DNA from: Octopus sinensis
Taxonomy: Eukaryota
Reading direction: 5' to 3'
Length of the DNA stretch: 64,000 bases
NCBI RefSeq assembly: GCF_006345805.1
Contig: NC_042999.1
Location: 70,866,001 to 70,930,000, forward strand
The position numbers were made by a program, and so were the translations under genes. Below the pieces are notes generated by a model, which saw only the letters and a list, made by a program, of their open reading frames with translations, was not told where the DNA came from and ran no database searches. Positions within the stretch are counted from its first letter, which is position 1, and every line of letters begins with the position of its first letter. This document shows, one piece after another, positions 23,634 to 37,470 of the stretch.

Positions 23634-25586
23634 CATGTATGTATGTAGTGAAACATCAAAATTACGTCCGCGGCAGCAATCGTAGAAAGAATAAAGAAAT
23701 TGGGAGTATCAATAATAAATGTTTGCAGTTAATATCTGGAAAGTTGCTAAAGCAATCTATAAATAGATTTAATAAATATAGTCAGCATTAACGTAAAAGT
23801 CGAAATTTTAAATATGTGTGGCTCTAAGTGACCTCATTAAGTTTTCCATTTTCCGTGATGAAACTTTCCATCTTTTCACAATATATGCCACCATAAAATT
23901 CAGTTTTCAGTTTAAAATTGATTGTAAATTGGGCTCTACTGTCTTAGTAGCTATCGTAATTTCTCCCATGAAATTGTTTTGGAGATTGATCGAAAGAAGT
24001 CTAAGGACACCAATATACGAATAGTGCTTATTTATTTGGGAAATTGTTGATCAAAATCATTTCCATTCTAATCTTAAATTTCAGCCGCTATCTCAAAGCA
24101 GAGTTGTTAAAGTTTAAAACATCTCAAATTTTTATCGAATACAGGATTGCTATCACCCTTTTCATCAATAGCAATATAAAAGCTTCCATAGTGTATTAAA
24201 ACCAAGGCGGAGCTAATTTACATTGTTAAAATCTACCGCCCCCTTCAGCGTTTTCATTTTGAATGCTTGGATTTTATTTCATTCATACAATTTCGCAGAA
24301 TGAAAAATTATGAAGTATGCCATATTTTTTAAATCTTTCGTTGTAACTGAAAAAAATGTATTGATAATAAACCAAACAAAATTAAAAGAAGAATGCTTCA
24401 AAATTAAAATCTAACAAAACCGTGTTCATTCTACTATTGCTAGCCCTTTTAAGAGAAATCAAAATCAATATGCGATTTTATTATATAAAAGAAAATTTTA
24501 TGTTGTATTTATAATTGAAATGATAAATTAACGCTATGCTCCTTCATCCGACAATTTAAAATAGAAGTTCCTTAAATTCACGTATCTTCTAGCTGTTCAT
24601 ATTCCACAGACATGATATTAAATTATATTTAGAGAAATCCTGTTACTCACTGAAATTTGGAATGCCATAAAATATTGATTATAATAGAATAGAGATTTAT
24701 TTAATTAAAAGATGATATTAATACTTGTAATTTCCCAATAAAGACAAGATTTTTTCCTTAAGCATGCGAAGTAAATTTTAAAAATCAATTTATTTCTTTA
24801 AATTATCTCCCCCTTTTCCTAGTAATTCACAAACGAATGCCTTTCGGATTTTGTTTCTCTTTCTCCAAATAATTTCATTTCAATTCATTAAGCAATTTTT
24901 TGTGCATGTATTTCAGTATTTCAACACCTCCATGATTTATCTTAATCCATGCCATCGATTTATTTCTGTAATTTCCCTTAGCTTAACTGTTTTTAACAGT
25001 TTTCAAATTACTGGTAGGCTTCAAATTTTTGTAATCTTTTTTCTGTTCGTAAAAACATTTATCTACGGATCAAACGTGTTTGTGCTGACTATACTTCGCT
25101 GACGAATTCAAATTAGACCGAAACACGAGTACATATTTGATTTATTTTACTTTTTCAGTTTCTTTGCGAAATTGGTATCAGCTGGTTATGTTGCTAAGGG
25201 AAACTGCAGCGCCATATTCAGAAAATACAAACGGCTGAACATATACGTACAAAAAAGAATACAAGCAAAATTATGGGACCAAACTACAAGAAAATATTTT
25301 AGAATTTCAAGCATCTAAAGAGAAACTATTAATACTGACAAATAATCTAAGACGGGTAAAATTCATGAATGTATTTAAATACGCATTTCAGTACACAGCT
25401 TGGGGAAAAGTACCCAATTCATGTAACTGTGGCACCAGTGTTTTTTTTACTCATTCAGAGCTAATAATTCACTTCGTCGCTATTCTGAGTTTCGCACGTG
25501 CATGTTTATGTCATGCTTATTGTCATCAGGACGAACGCATGCCTATTAGAAACCCAGAGCAACGACGGAGTTATCATCAACATTAC

Positions 25587-25772
<186 letters not shown>

Positions 25773-25984
25773 ATATTCAGTGTTAAATAAAAAGACAACA
25801 AACGGAAAATATGACATATCTATATATATAATTCCAAAAGACGTGGAGTAAATAAATAAACGAACATATGCTAAATACACCGGCAAACAGAAAATACAGA
25901 GGGTTACCGATTCATCATCAGTTATTGGCAAGAGGGTCAAACGCAATTTCAGCCATTATATACATACATACATACATACATACA

Positions 25985-26040
<56 letters not shown>

Positions 26041-26043
<3 letters not shown>

Positions 26044-26586
26044 GAACACAAGGCCCCTCGTCCAATGGACGGTGCTGAGTTGTCAAACATTTAAACCACA
26101 TTTTCTCAAAACAACTTGTCCGACCGTCCCATAAGTCTCCCCTTTGAGAAACACTGATTTAACCTAAATTTGAGACACCAGCAAAAGAAGAAATAAAGAT
26201 AAACTTTTTTTCTATTCCAAAGAAAAACGATTTTATTCTCACAAATATGCAACCGAAGAGCTTAAAGTACCAGTAATGATAAGGCTGTTGACTGGGGGAA
26301 CACAAACATGGTTTAAACAGTAAGCTTGGCAGGAAAGAAACGTGCCTTTAAGCAGTATAAAAACAACAAAAATTGGAAGGTGCAGTTACATACAAGTTGA
26401 CGGAAGAACAGTAGGATAAAAAAGGCTTTATCGATCGCATTCTCACCTGGAATCGATTTTTGTAATTTTTTCAAGACTTATACACGCCCTGATACCGTCG
26501 GTATCTACATATCAAATTTGAGCGCAATCGGATGGACGATGCTAGAGATCCGAGAAAACACACACACAGACAGACAGAATGGATTT

Positions 26587-26590
<4 letters not shown>
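26041..26590 (-). mobile_element. possible decayed non-autonomous Helitron
   Basis: CAAATTTGAGCGCAATCGGATG..CAGACAGACAGAATGGATTTTATATA end and a CGTCC-AAT-GGACG hairpin near the other end; canonical CTAG terminus not retained. Confidence 0.35.
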
Positions 26591-26617
<27 letters not shown>

Positions 26618-26737
26618 CTATAATAAATATATATACTATAATAAAGGGTAAATATCATTAATGATTTTTACCAGGTAGTCAGCGCGGAAATATAAACCTC
26701 ATAGGTAAATTTTACAAACTATTTTATAATTATATAC

Positions 26738-27022
26738 ATAATTATAACAATGGATTGGTTATACGTCTCACCACACACTGTAAAAATAGACACCAGAAGA
26801 CACTATTACCGCCTTAAAATCTCCGAAAATAACACACTAAGTTGTAGGCGAGAAAAAGAAAGATAATGAATCAAACTTTTGGTTAACCGTCTGATTCATT
26901 ATCTTTCTTTTACTCGCCTACAACTTAGTGTGTTCTTTTCGGAGATTTTAAGGTGGTAATAGTGTCTTCTGGCGTCTGTTTTTACAGTGCGTGGTGAGGT
27001 GTATAGCCAATCTCTTGTCATA

Positions 27023-27027
<5 letters not shown>
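26738..27027. mobile_element. diverged palindromic MITE-like element (arms about 133 bp)
   Basis: 26738-26870 is the approximate reverse complement of 26894-27027, with scattered transitions; TA-rich flanks. Confidence 0.75.
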
Positions 27028-27063
<36 letters not shown>

Positions 27064-27852
27064 TACACACACACATATGTACATATATGGGTACAGGACG
27101 TCACAAAACGTAAACAACATGAAATACGAAAATAGCGCTGGGTACGCAAAGAACAAGAGAAACAATGGAAAACAAGACAAGTAACACAAAAATCGACCCT
27201 TCATCAGTTGTTGGCTGTCCTTCTGCTCCTTATTTCGAGCAATGAACGACAAGATAAAACTTTGAAGGCAGTTACTCCCGCGAACCAAAATAAAATTTGG
27301 GATTTGCGGAGGATCAATGCTGGTAACAAAAATAGGACAAATAACAAACGAAACGAAACGAATACAAACAGGGAGGGCCGTTCGGTTCAGACGAGGCACG
27401 GTAGCGAACGCTGGAAGAAGATTCTTTGATAAGAGAAAAGATAGGAGAGGAGACAGAAAGGAATGCGTTTGGATTACACAACAGGCTGAAGGAAAAGAAA
27501 GATGATCACGTGGGGAAGGGAAAGATGGACGATGGTCACGAGTGAACAACGAGAGAGAGAGAGAGAGAGAGTAAAGGAGGAAGAGGGAGAGAGAGAGACA
27601 GATAGAAAACGGTGAAGAGGAGAAAAAAGAATTAGAGAAAGAATATGTATGCATGCATATATGTAAGTATGTATGCATGTGTGAATGTATGTATATATGC
27701 ATGTATGTATATATATGTATGTATTCTTTTTTCCTTTGCTGAACATCCAATAACACAGTACTTGTACCACGTCACCGCGTTGTTGTTTTTCTTGCTTGTT
27801 CTTTTTTTGATTGACTATATATGCATATGCACGCACACACAAACGCACGCAT

Positions 27853-27884
<32 letters not shown>

Positions 27885-28559
27885 ACACACGTATATATAA
27901 AAATCATTGATTTTCCGATAATCTATGATCCAGCACCTCCTTTAATCTGGATAACTTACTTGAAAATCCCGTGGCTGCCAGTCCATTCCTTTTATATATA
28001 TATATATATAGCTTAAAGTTATCCTTACATCAAACCATAACAAATCAAGATAAACTATACCTGCTAAAAACATCAAGAAAAAAAGAAAGAAAAATAAGTG
28101 GAATGTGGTGTATCGGTACGTAAGCAGTATGATGTCTAATGCATTGATTGCTCTTCTATTTATGGTATTAAGAAGCAAAGGGAAAAAATATTGTATTTTA
28201 TACAAACAGTTATTCAAAAAAAGTAAATGATTATAGACAAGGGGCACGGAGATCTTGCATTTTATACTTTTCCTTCTTCTCATTCCACTTTTTTGCATCA
28301 ACCTTATTCGCGTTTCGCTTCTCGTGTTTTTTTCCTCATATTTTCTCATAGTTCTCATTGGTTTTCAAAAAGGTATCACGGTATGCATTGAACCTGAAAG
28401 ATAGGATATATATATATATGTGTATATGTGTGTGTGTGTGTGTTTCATTTTTATTTTACTTGCTTCAGCCTGTAAGCCGTGGGCATGCTGGGGTACAACC
28501 CTTGGGGTTGTTAGAGTTTTACTGATTCTCCTTCTTTAGTTGGCATTTGGTGAATGAAA

Positions 28560-29075
28560 GAGTTCGAAGTTGTGCTTCTTGTCACGAATTGGGCTCATCT
28601 AGGACTCTAGAGAGCAGAAGGCCCAGTTGAATTTTGAAGTACATTTATACCATGTAAGTCCCTTCACTCTTTCAGTTGGATATCGAAAATCGTGGGACCT
28701 TATACTATTGCTGTATCTCATCTTAAATCTGGATCGCGATGGTATTTTTGGTACTATGCGATGGGGCCCTGTTTTGGATTATATAGCTTTCAGTCCTTCC
28801 AGGATCTCCCAGATATATATTACTGTATATTTTACCCATCTTCGACGTAACAAGTAGAGAATTAACTTTTTCAGTCTTTCCCAGTAGTCGATATGTTGCA
28901 TTGAGGCAGTCATCTTCGTGTTGCAGCATTTGATTACTTCAAGCTCTGCCATTAATTTTAGTTGGGAGCAATAATCTAGACACCCGAGGACAACTGTCCT
29001 CCGCAGGGCCATCATGGTTTCTTGCCTTCGAGTTCTGAAATTTCTTAGAATCCATCTGACCAACCGCACGCACAC
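28560..29075 (-). mobile_element. decayed CR1/L2-type LINE, RT C-terminal fragment
   Basis: WILRNFRTRRQETMMALRRTVVLGCLDYCSQL..AELEVI..MQHIDYWERLKKL..YIWEILEGL matches the CR1/L2 WILRTF..LDYCSQLW..YWERLK motif series. Confidence 0.75.
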
Positions 29076-29088
29076 ACACGCATGCACA

Positions 29089-29147
<59 letters not shown>

Positions 29148-31124
29148 TAAGCACACGTACACGTGCACACTGTACGCGCATACACATACACACAAAGTTT
29201 TTACTTTGTTTTACAACAACAGACATTACTCAGTACACACTTGGTGTTAGAAGTGTTCACAATTTGGTATATGTTTATTCAAATGTAAGATACACAAGGA
29301 TTATGATTCGAACCAGAGTTTCGTTCAAAAGGCCAGTTTCACTAAACTGTAGTTCGGGAATATAATCACTGTTTGTTTTGTGTATAAATAAAAATGTCTC
29401 AGATTCTACGTACTTCTTATGCAAGATGATATCGATCATTTTCTTGCTTTTGTACAAACATACACACATACGCGCGCGCGCGCACACACCAGTTTGTCAG
29501 TTTGTAATGGTGATTTAACCAGCTTCAGCATATAGTTTATATATTTCCTTGTATACCATTAAAATGAAATATGGTTTTAATAAAAATAACTAAAAATATA
29601 AATGTAATGTAAATGTAATTGTTTAGTAGAAAAGTAAAATTTTCGATGCTTCGGGCGCAAGCTCTCTCTCAAGATATGACAAATAAAGGAACAATGGAAG
29701 CAAAATCTATGTGTTGTTATACAGAAATCATAGTAAATCATAGTCATCATTGAAGAAGGAAGCGGGGAAGTGGTTTCTGAACAGAGAGGAGTGGAGATAG
29801 ATGGTGAGCAGAAACCTCAGGCTAGCAAAAAAATTATTAGTAGCGGCAGAGTCGTTGTGTCATGTGTTTGTTAGTCATTGTCTTCTTATGTGTGGGTGCT
29901 GCAGTATGTATGAGTAGCGTGGGTGTTTGTACATCTGTATGCACCGAACTAAGTAAAACCTATGTATCACTATTTCAATTCAACTGCTTATTCCTCGCTA
30001 CTACCTTTTTATCTTCAGAATACGTCAACACCCTTATTTCTGATTCGCCAGGATACTTCGGGAGTGAAGACTTAATTTCAAATTAAGCAAATCTTTCCTT
30101 ACGGAAGCAATATGTTTTTAAATTTGTTTAATTTATCCCATCTCATCTCATCTTTAGGCATACAGAAATACACACACACTCTTTACCTTCGATCACCAGT
30201 CTCTATAATTCGGAAACCACATTGCTATTTCCCCTCTTCGTCCATTATTAGTTTGACTCATGTATGTCAAAAGGTCTAAACATTTGAGCTACATTTATTT
30301 ATATATATTTTTCTTACAACTATTTTACCTCGGGATTAATTGTAGATGACAACCCATAACGTATTCCTCCGATTCTGTTTTGTTACCTTAATCACTAATG
30401 AGTTGGATATATATATATACACAAACACAAAGATACATACACAAAGGTATGTGTATGTGTATGTATCTGTTACATATTTCTGAAGAATACTTACTGTTTA
30501 ACTTTCAAAAGCGAAGTTTTTTTCTTGAGAGAGAAAATATCTTAAAGAGTAACCAAGCATTCTTTTAGTTCCAATGACACAATAACAGTTTATGAGTTGA
30601 AAACGAACTGTATCAACAGGTAAATGCCAGCCATTTTGCATCATTTTCCACATCACATACCTCTTCAGTTTCGAAAATCACCCCTTCACTAATCTAACGG
30701 AATAACCTAATCTGAATTTGACGCTTATAATCTGAATTGAGTTTGAATATTTGCCGAAACCACAAAACCGTCAATTAAGATGTGAGGCACGTTCAGAGCG
30801 AATAAAAGGCCATGCGTCTTTCAGAGCGAATAAAAGGCCATGCGTCTTTCATTTGGATCCTGTGGTATTTATCAGAGGAATGATCAAATCGAGAACAGCT
30901 ATTTATTAATGATACAATTTAGTCCGGCCAAAGTTAGAATTTGTTGACCGGAAAAGCAACATAATAGTAAAGAATGTCATTACATACGCCTACTTTATAT
31001 TGTAAGACTGGGTTTCTTGATTGTCTCTTCTTATTTACGTTTCCACTGGCCCGGCAGCTTCATGTTTAAATCCTTTCGCTTTATGAAGTTGTTAACATGA
31101 CCAGTGCATGCCTTTTCTATAAAT

Positions 31125-31205
<81 letters not shown>

Positions 31206-31252
31206 GACACACACAGACACACACAGGCACACACACACACATATATATATAT

Positions 31253-31457
31253 GAGTCGCCATGATAGATCGGTAGCCACTACACACATTTTTTTCTCTCC
31301 TTGTTTCTCTCCTTGTATTTTTTCTGCGTCCCTTTCTGTAGAAGAGCGTAGGCTCGAAACGCAAACGACTTTTTCAATTCCTGAGCGTTATACTAATACA
31401 TCTGTTTGTTTTCTACACCACCTGTCTTCGTCTTTTGTTTTTTTTTGTGAACTCCCC

Positions 31458-31460
<3 letters not shown>
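31253..31460 (+). mobile_element. short non-autonomous repeat with a decayed hammerhead-like motif (Penelope-derived?); second copy at 52750-52933
   Basis: the two copies align (CGCCATGAT.GATCG..AGCCAC..CTACACCA..TGTCTT.GTCTTTTGTTTT..GTGAA); CTGTAGAAGAGCGTAGGCTCGAAAC at 31336-31360. Confidence 0.6.
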
Positions 31461-31504
<44 letters not shown>

Positions 31505-31611
31505 TACATACATACATATACGTATACATATACATATACATACATACATACATACATACATACATACATACATGCATACACACACGCACACACACACACA
31601 TACATATGTAT

Positions 31612-31800
31612 AGTAAATCCCCAAAAGAACAAACACAAAAAACAACAACGCGAGTACGTGCTACATATAATGTACTAGCAGACGCTCAGGAAAGGAAAGA
31701 AAGATGGTTTAACGTTTCGAGAAGACGCTCTTCTTCGAAAACAGGAAATTTCATTAGAAGGGAAGACGGAGGAAGAAAATCGCCAACGATTCACATGTGG
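31612..31800 (-). mobile_element. related short repeat with a hammerhead-like fold; 3' part also at about 27735-27825 (+)
   Basis: GTTT-TCGAAGA-A-GAG cgtctt CTC-GAAA-CG-TT-AAAC; shared tail CTGA.C.TC..TA.AC.T.T..GTA.CACGT..CGCGTTGTTGTTTTT. Confidence 0.45.
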
Positions 31801-31917
31801 TTACATTATATATACATATATACATACGCACACATACACAACTCCACATACACACATACATATATTCGTGCAAAAGCACATATATAGTCATTGACATTAA
31901 TGTTACTATTATCGCTA

Positions 31918-32421
31918 GGGTGGTGAGCTGGCAGAATCGTTAGCACACTGGACATATGTTTAGTGACATAATTAATAAACTAACTTCAGTATACTGCTAG
32001 TACATATTTTAGCGAAATATTGCTGTCACTTATTATTTTAGTGATAATAGTAATCTTGGTTTCAAATTTTAGCACAAGGCCAGCAATTTTGAGAGAGGGG
32101 CTAAGTCGATTACATCGACCCCAACTCTTAACTAGTACTCATTTTCTCGACTCTGAAAAGATGAAAGGCAAAGTCGACCTCGTCTTTATGTCCTGAGTTC
32201 AAATTTCGCCGAGGTCGACTTTGCCTTTCATCTTTTCAGAGTCGAGAAAATGAGTACTAGTTAAGAGCTGGGGTCGATGTAATGACTTAGCCCCTCTCTC
32301 AAAATTGCTGGCCTTGTGCTAAAATTTGAAACCAAGATTACTATTATCACTAAAATAATAAGTGACAGCAATATTTCGCTAAAATATGTACTAGCAGTAT
32401 ACTGAAGTTAGTTTATTAATT
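31918..32421. repeat. SINE-2 copy with a 213-bp inverted duplication (SINE 3' half plus flank)
   Basis: 31970-32182 is the reverse complement of 32210-32421 (1 mismatch, 1 indel); SINE head at 31918-31968. Confidence 0.9.
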
Positions 32422-32779
32422 TATCATGCCTTCCCAAGCTTATGAATTTGTGCTTATGTTAGAAAAGATTATTATAACTGCTAGCAGAAAGACCGCTCCC
32501 AGGTGGTTTTCTGCTAGCCCCTTTATAATATTCTCATATTTGATTCCCATTTCTAATAATTTCTATATTTTACGTCTAATTATTTCTTTATGTAATAGTG
32601 CTCACTTGCATAGGAAATATTGCTTTCATTATTTTTTCAGTCATAATCTCTCTTTTTTAAACAAACATCACGGTAGTTCAACAACGAGGGGGAAGTAGTT
32701 TGTCAAGTTTTATCTTCTCCTCAGAGCAACATAGGGATTTCAATTCAGCACCCCATTTGTAAGCTTTGCAGTGTGTGTG

Positions 32780-32859
<80 letters not shown>

Positions 32860-35464
32860 CATTGCAAACAATGAATGAAATAAACAAGAAATAAAAAAAT
32901 CGTATAAATAAAAGGGCATTACTACACATGTATACGCTCCCGACTTTGTTGCCTCATAACATACAGAAAAATGGATACTTTTTAACTAAATTTTCTAAAA
33001 ATACCGCTTAGATGTTGTGACCTCAGAATATGTAGGCATTTATGGGAAAGAATTTTTGCGAAGGGGTGGAGAGAGGAGTTTCAGAAAATTCCCTCGATCT
33101 GACTTTTTCCCTCATAACTTTCAGAAAGATGGGTATTTTTAATGGAAATTTATACAAATTCCTTTCAAACGGTATAGATTACGATTTATAAAGAAATTTG
33201 TGGGGAAAATTTTTCGGAGATTTTCCCCATTTTTTTAAAAAACCACAACCTTCGAAATGATGGGGTAGTGGGGGCATCTCTGTATGAAAAAGTTTTGAAA
33301 ACTCCCTTTTTTTACACCCCTCCCTCATCATCCCACTTTGGACCTATTTTGGCCAATTTTTTTGCACTTCAAAACCATGGGAAGAGCATTTTCGGTAAAA
33401 AAAAATAAAAAAAAGGTTAAATGGGAGAAGTGATTTAAGGGCGATTTGGCTGTTGTTTCTAGCACATCCAAAGACAACCCTCCTCGTTTCTTTACCACTC
33501 TCGCATGTATTAATGTTTTTCAATATTTTCCCTCCATAAATACATTTATATGCTATAAAAAAGAAAATGTGAGAAATTATGAATTTTTTGCAACCCCACT
33601 CCCTGCCCCGATTGTTTCTCTTTAGAAATTAAAATACTGGAGAGCCTGAGAAGGTCATTGCTGGAATTTATTCACAGTGATTTAAAAAATAATAATACGG
33701 TAATGTACTTGCATAGCAAGTGACTTGATCTGAGATCATGTGCTGAAACAAAAACAATTGCAGCATGGAAGGTGTTTGTAAACCATTCAAGAACACACAA
33801 ATACCGTTAGATTCACTTCAACATTAAAACTTTATTTGTGTCAAAACATGTTCGTTGCTTTGAAACCGCGACCTGTTCATTGATAAAACTTCACAAAAGG
33901 GATGCAGCACGAAGTTTTGTCAGTGAACAATAAACACACACACACAGACGCACACACATGACATACACACACGCATACACACACATTCATTGCCTTTCGT
34001 TTGTGTGTATGTGTATCTACGTGTGCACGAGTGTGTATTAGTGTGTGTGTGTGCTACTGTTGAAGTTGTGTTTGGAAACTGGGAATAAGGTGCGAGTTTC
34101 GAGTACTTGTCGGTAACATTTTGTTTTTTTCTCATCGTCTTTTAATTGTAATTACCCAGCCTTTTAGGCTCTTCTCACAGCTATCCCGCGTTCAAAAATT
34201 ATACAGGTAATTTATAAAATTTTCATTCAATAAATAATATTTTTATATTACGTATACATTAATAGCGAATTAAAACTTAAAAGAGAAAGTGAGAGGCTTT
34301 GGAAATGAAAATTGAATACTCCGCAGTGAATGCAATGAATATTTAAATTTGTGATGAATTGGACGCAGTGAATATTTAAGTTTGCGAGAAATTGGAGTTA
34401 AAAAATTTAATAAACTTGAGAAATCGAAATTATAGGAAATTTCTTAGAACATGAATTTATGAAAATATTTCCAGACTGTCAACCCTTTAATAATTGCTTT
34501 CTTTTAGTACTTTTCGTAATTGTTACATACCTAATTAATACGTAGCTTTCTCCATTGTAGTATAGATTATTATTGGTATTATTGTAAATACCACCGGTGC
34601 CGAGTTTGCCTTTCATCTTTACTTTGCTTAATAAGTGAAAGTTAAGTAACTATGTTAAGTATCTATGTTAAGTATCTGTGTTAAGTATCTATGCTAAGTT
34701 AAGTATTTTAATAAATAAAACTTAAGTATCTATGCTTGAAATCATTTAGCAGGAAAGTGGTGTATTAGTATAATCGTTAGAATGCAGGACAAAATACTCT
34801 GCAATATTTGTTCCTATTGTGTACGTTTTGAGTTCAAACACCAGTGGTCAACTTTATTGGAAACAATCTAATCATTTTAAACAACACGGATGAAATGTTT
34901 AGATGGTTCCTTGTCGCTAACAAAATGCTCTCAAAGGAAAGATAAAGAAGTATATAATTTTAAAATTATGTCAATGGCAGTATGTTTGTGCATAGACACA
35001 CACGCACATACACGCGCATATTTATTCAAGCGTATATTTAGGTATGTGTATGTATGCGAGCACGTATACTTGAGCTTGCATGTATTTATGTATCTATGTA
35101 TGTATGTGCGTATGAATATATACATACAGTAGAAAGAAAGAATGAAGAAACAAACAACTGTTATCAATATAACTACTTAATGTATGTGTGAAGTTGAAAC
35201 TCTAGAAGCTGCGATATTCGTCCAGGAAAATCCTTTTATAGACGTATTGTATTAAAAAACACAATATACTTCAGAGTAGGTGAAGCGAAATCACTCCAGA
35301 AGTGTTAGCGAGACCGTCAGGTATGTATTTCGCCGTTGTTGCAGCTTCTTAGTATACATAATCGAATCATCTTGTCTGAGGTATATAGGAATAGTAGTGT
35401 ATACACTAAACGCTGATAGGCAATAACATCGCATTAGGATTTAATCGGTGTCTACTTACACACA

Positions 35465-35510
<46 letters not shown>

Positions 35511-36309
35511 CAAATGTCAAGGTATATCGAACGAATGAGGAAGAGAGCATTGAATACGCTTGTAGAGAATATGGTTTATTAAAACTTTAATCTCGCGGCT
35601 TAGTTATCAAACTCCTGCAATCGCCAGGCGAGAACCGTTACAGCTGGCTGCCCATTTATATGCGGTCTTTTGTGTGTGTATGTTGATTGATTTGTTTTTT
35701 GCGTCTTGGTTTTCTATTATTTTCGTGTCTATTGATTAGCGGTTGGCACTTAAGATTTAACTTCACTGAATTTTTCGGTTACTGAGTGCTTAAGTATTTA
35801 TATTCGTTCTATTATTTTTTAATCATTTTTTATTATTTTAAAAATTATTTCTGAGTTTATGAAAATATTTGCTTACATAATTATACGTTAGTGAATTCAT
35901 CTGATAATCTTATCAAAGCTATTTATTGTTTATAATCGATGTGTGTGTGTATGTGTATGTGCTGTGAAATCTACTTCATTCATTAGAAATAGTTTATAAG
36001 AAGAAATTTGTTTTTTCTTTTGTATTTTATTTCATGGGTGCTGATATTAGGTTTTTATGGTTGAGTGACTTTTGTTCGTGGTTAGATTTGTCAATACCGT
36101 CATGTTTATTTACGTGTGTCTATGAGGGTGTTCGATTTTTGTTTCGATGAAAATTAAAAAGTTTCATGACTTGTTTTCGTGTTTATTTTGTAATTTCATG
36201 TGATCTCATCTATTAATTATTTATGCTTCTTTGAGTTTCTTGAAGAGTTTGTGTGTGTATGTGTGTGTATTTGTGTGTGTGCTATATATCTTATGTTTTA
36301 TCTTTTCTC

Positions 36310-36676
36310 TTACTTCTTTCAGTCATTGGACTGTGGCCATGCTGGAGCGCTTAAAGAATTTTAGTCGAATTAATCGATCCCAGGACTTATTCTTCGTAAG
36401 CCTGATACTTACTCTATCGTTAACTTTTGTCGAACCGCTAGTTTACGGGGACGTAAACACACCAATATTGGTTATCAAGAGATGGTGGGGAGGGGGAAGG
36501 AGGTAATCGCAGACACAAAGACATACGCAGAAATATACGGGTTTCTTTCAGTTTCCGTCTACTAAATCCATTCATAAGGCTTCGGTCGACACCGAGGCTA
36601 TAGTAGAAGACACTTACCCAAGGTGCCACGCTGTGGGACTGAATCCGGAACCATGTGGTTGGGAAGCAAGCTTCTT
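36310..36676 (-). mobile_element. SINE-1 body truncated at the Tx1 target site
   Basis: SINE-1 sequence ends ..GGGAAGCAAGCTTCTT and is followed directly by a Tx1 3' end. Confidence 0.9.
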
Positions 36677-37184
36677 TATTTCATAAGTTGGCTATGGAAG
36701 CCGTACATAGATGGACAAACAAGGACAAACAGACATAGAGGGTGAAGAAGTTGCTTATTACGAATGAAAGAGTTTCGAATGATAAAATATAAATGTCATG
36801 CTGTTAAAAACTATATCTTTTTTTCCTTTTAAAAATTTCAATATAAACTTAATGATCATTGCAAATTTTGCAGTGTGTGACTGAAGGAAAGGCATCCAAC
36901 CGCCAGGTTCGAACCTTTACTTTTCCTTCTGGCCCCACTTGCCTGGTTCCAGTCACTCGCAGCTTGTTCACTACTTGCTTCCATCTTTTCACAAACATAT
37001 CCTGTGACAGGTATCTCTTCTCCAGCCTGATCTTGCTATCGCGGTGGTAACTAAAGAAGTTAACCAACCCTTGGCCGGAGACGAATGTACCCGCCACTAT
37101 ACCTCTTACACGCGTCTTTCATGCTGTTTCTTTCAGTATGGTTACTACGCAGAAAAAACACAAGCCTTCCTTTCCTTGCTAAGG
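36677..37184 (-). mobile_element. 5'-truncated Tx1 copy C (ORF2 C-terminus plus 3' UTR)
   Basis: GTFVSGQGLVNFFSYHRDSKIRLEKRYLSQDMFVKRW aligns to element A; about 83% nucleotide identity over a 139-bp hand-aligned segment. Confidence 0.9.
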
Positions 37185-37470
37185 TACACTATTTGGTAAA
37201 CTATACTGCTTACCAGGGGCAGGTTGGTTCATGACAACAGTTTTCTTGAGACTGACTGTCAACCTAAGGCAGTGCAAGCATCGGAGACTGCATTCAAAAT
37301 GTGTTGCATATCAATCTCTGTGTGCGCTACTAGATCACAATCATCTGCATACAAAAGGTCTCTTATGATAGAGGTAAATACCTTTGTTTTTGCAGCAAAG
37401 CACCTGATATTAAATATGCTGCCAGAGATTCGTTAATGGATGTAAACACCATATCTGTAGTTTCTGTCAG
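37185..37470 (-). mobile_element. RTE (BovB-like) LINE reverse transcriptase fragment
   Basis: GVYIH*RISGSIFNIRCFAAKTKVFTSIIRDLLYADDCDLVAHTEIDMQHILNAVSDACTALG/LTVSLKKTVVMNQPAPGK. Confidence 0.85.

Noticed and set aside
30793-30850. Short tandem duplications (28 bp here; 19 bp near 16150; 12 bp near 34650)
   Set aside because: Ordinary slippage duplications with no further structure.
36690-36702. Resemblance of GGCT-TCCAT-AGCC to the histone mRNA stem-loop
   Set aside because: The stem is 4 bp with a 5-nt loop versus 6 bp and 4 nt, and the A and B versions do not match the histone consensus.
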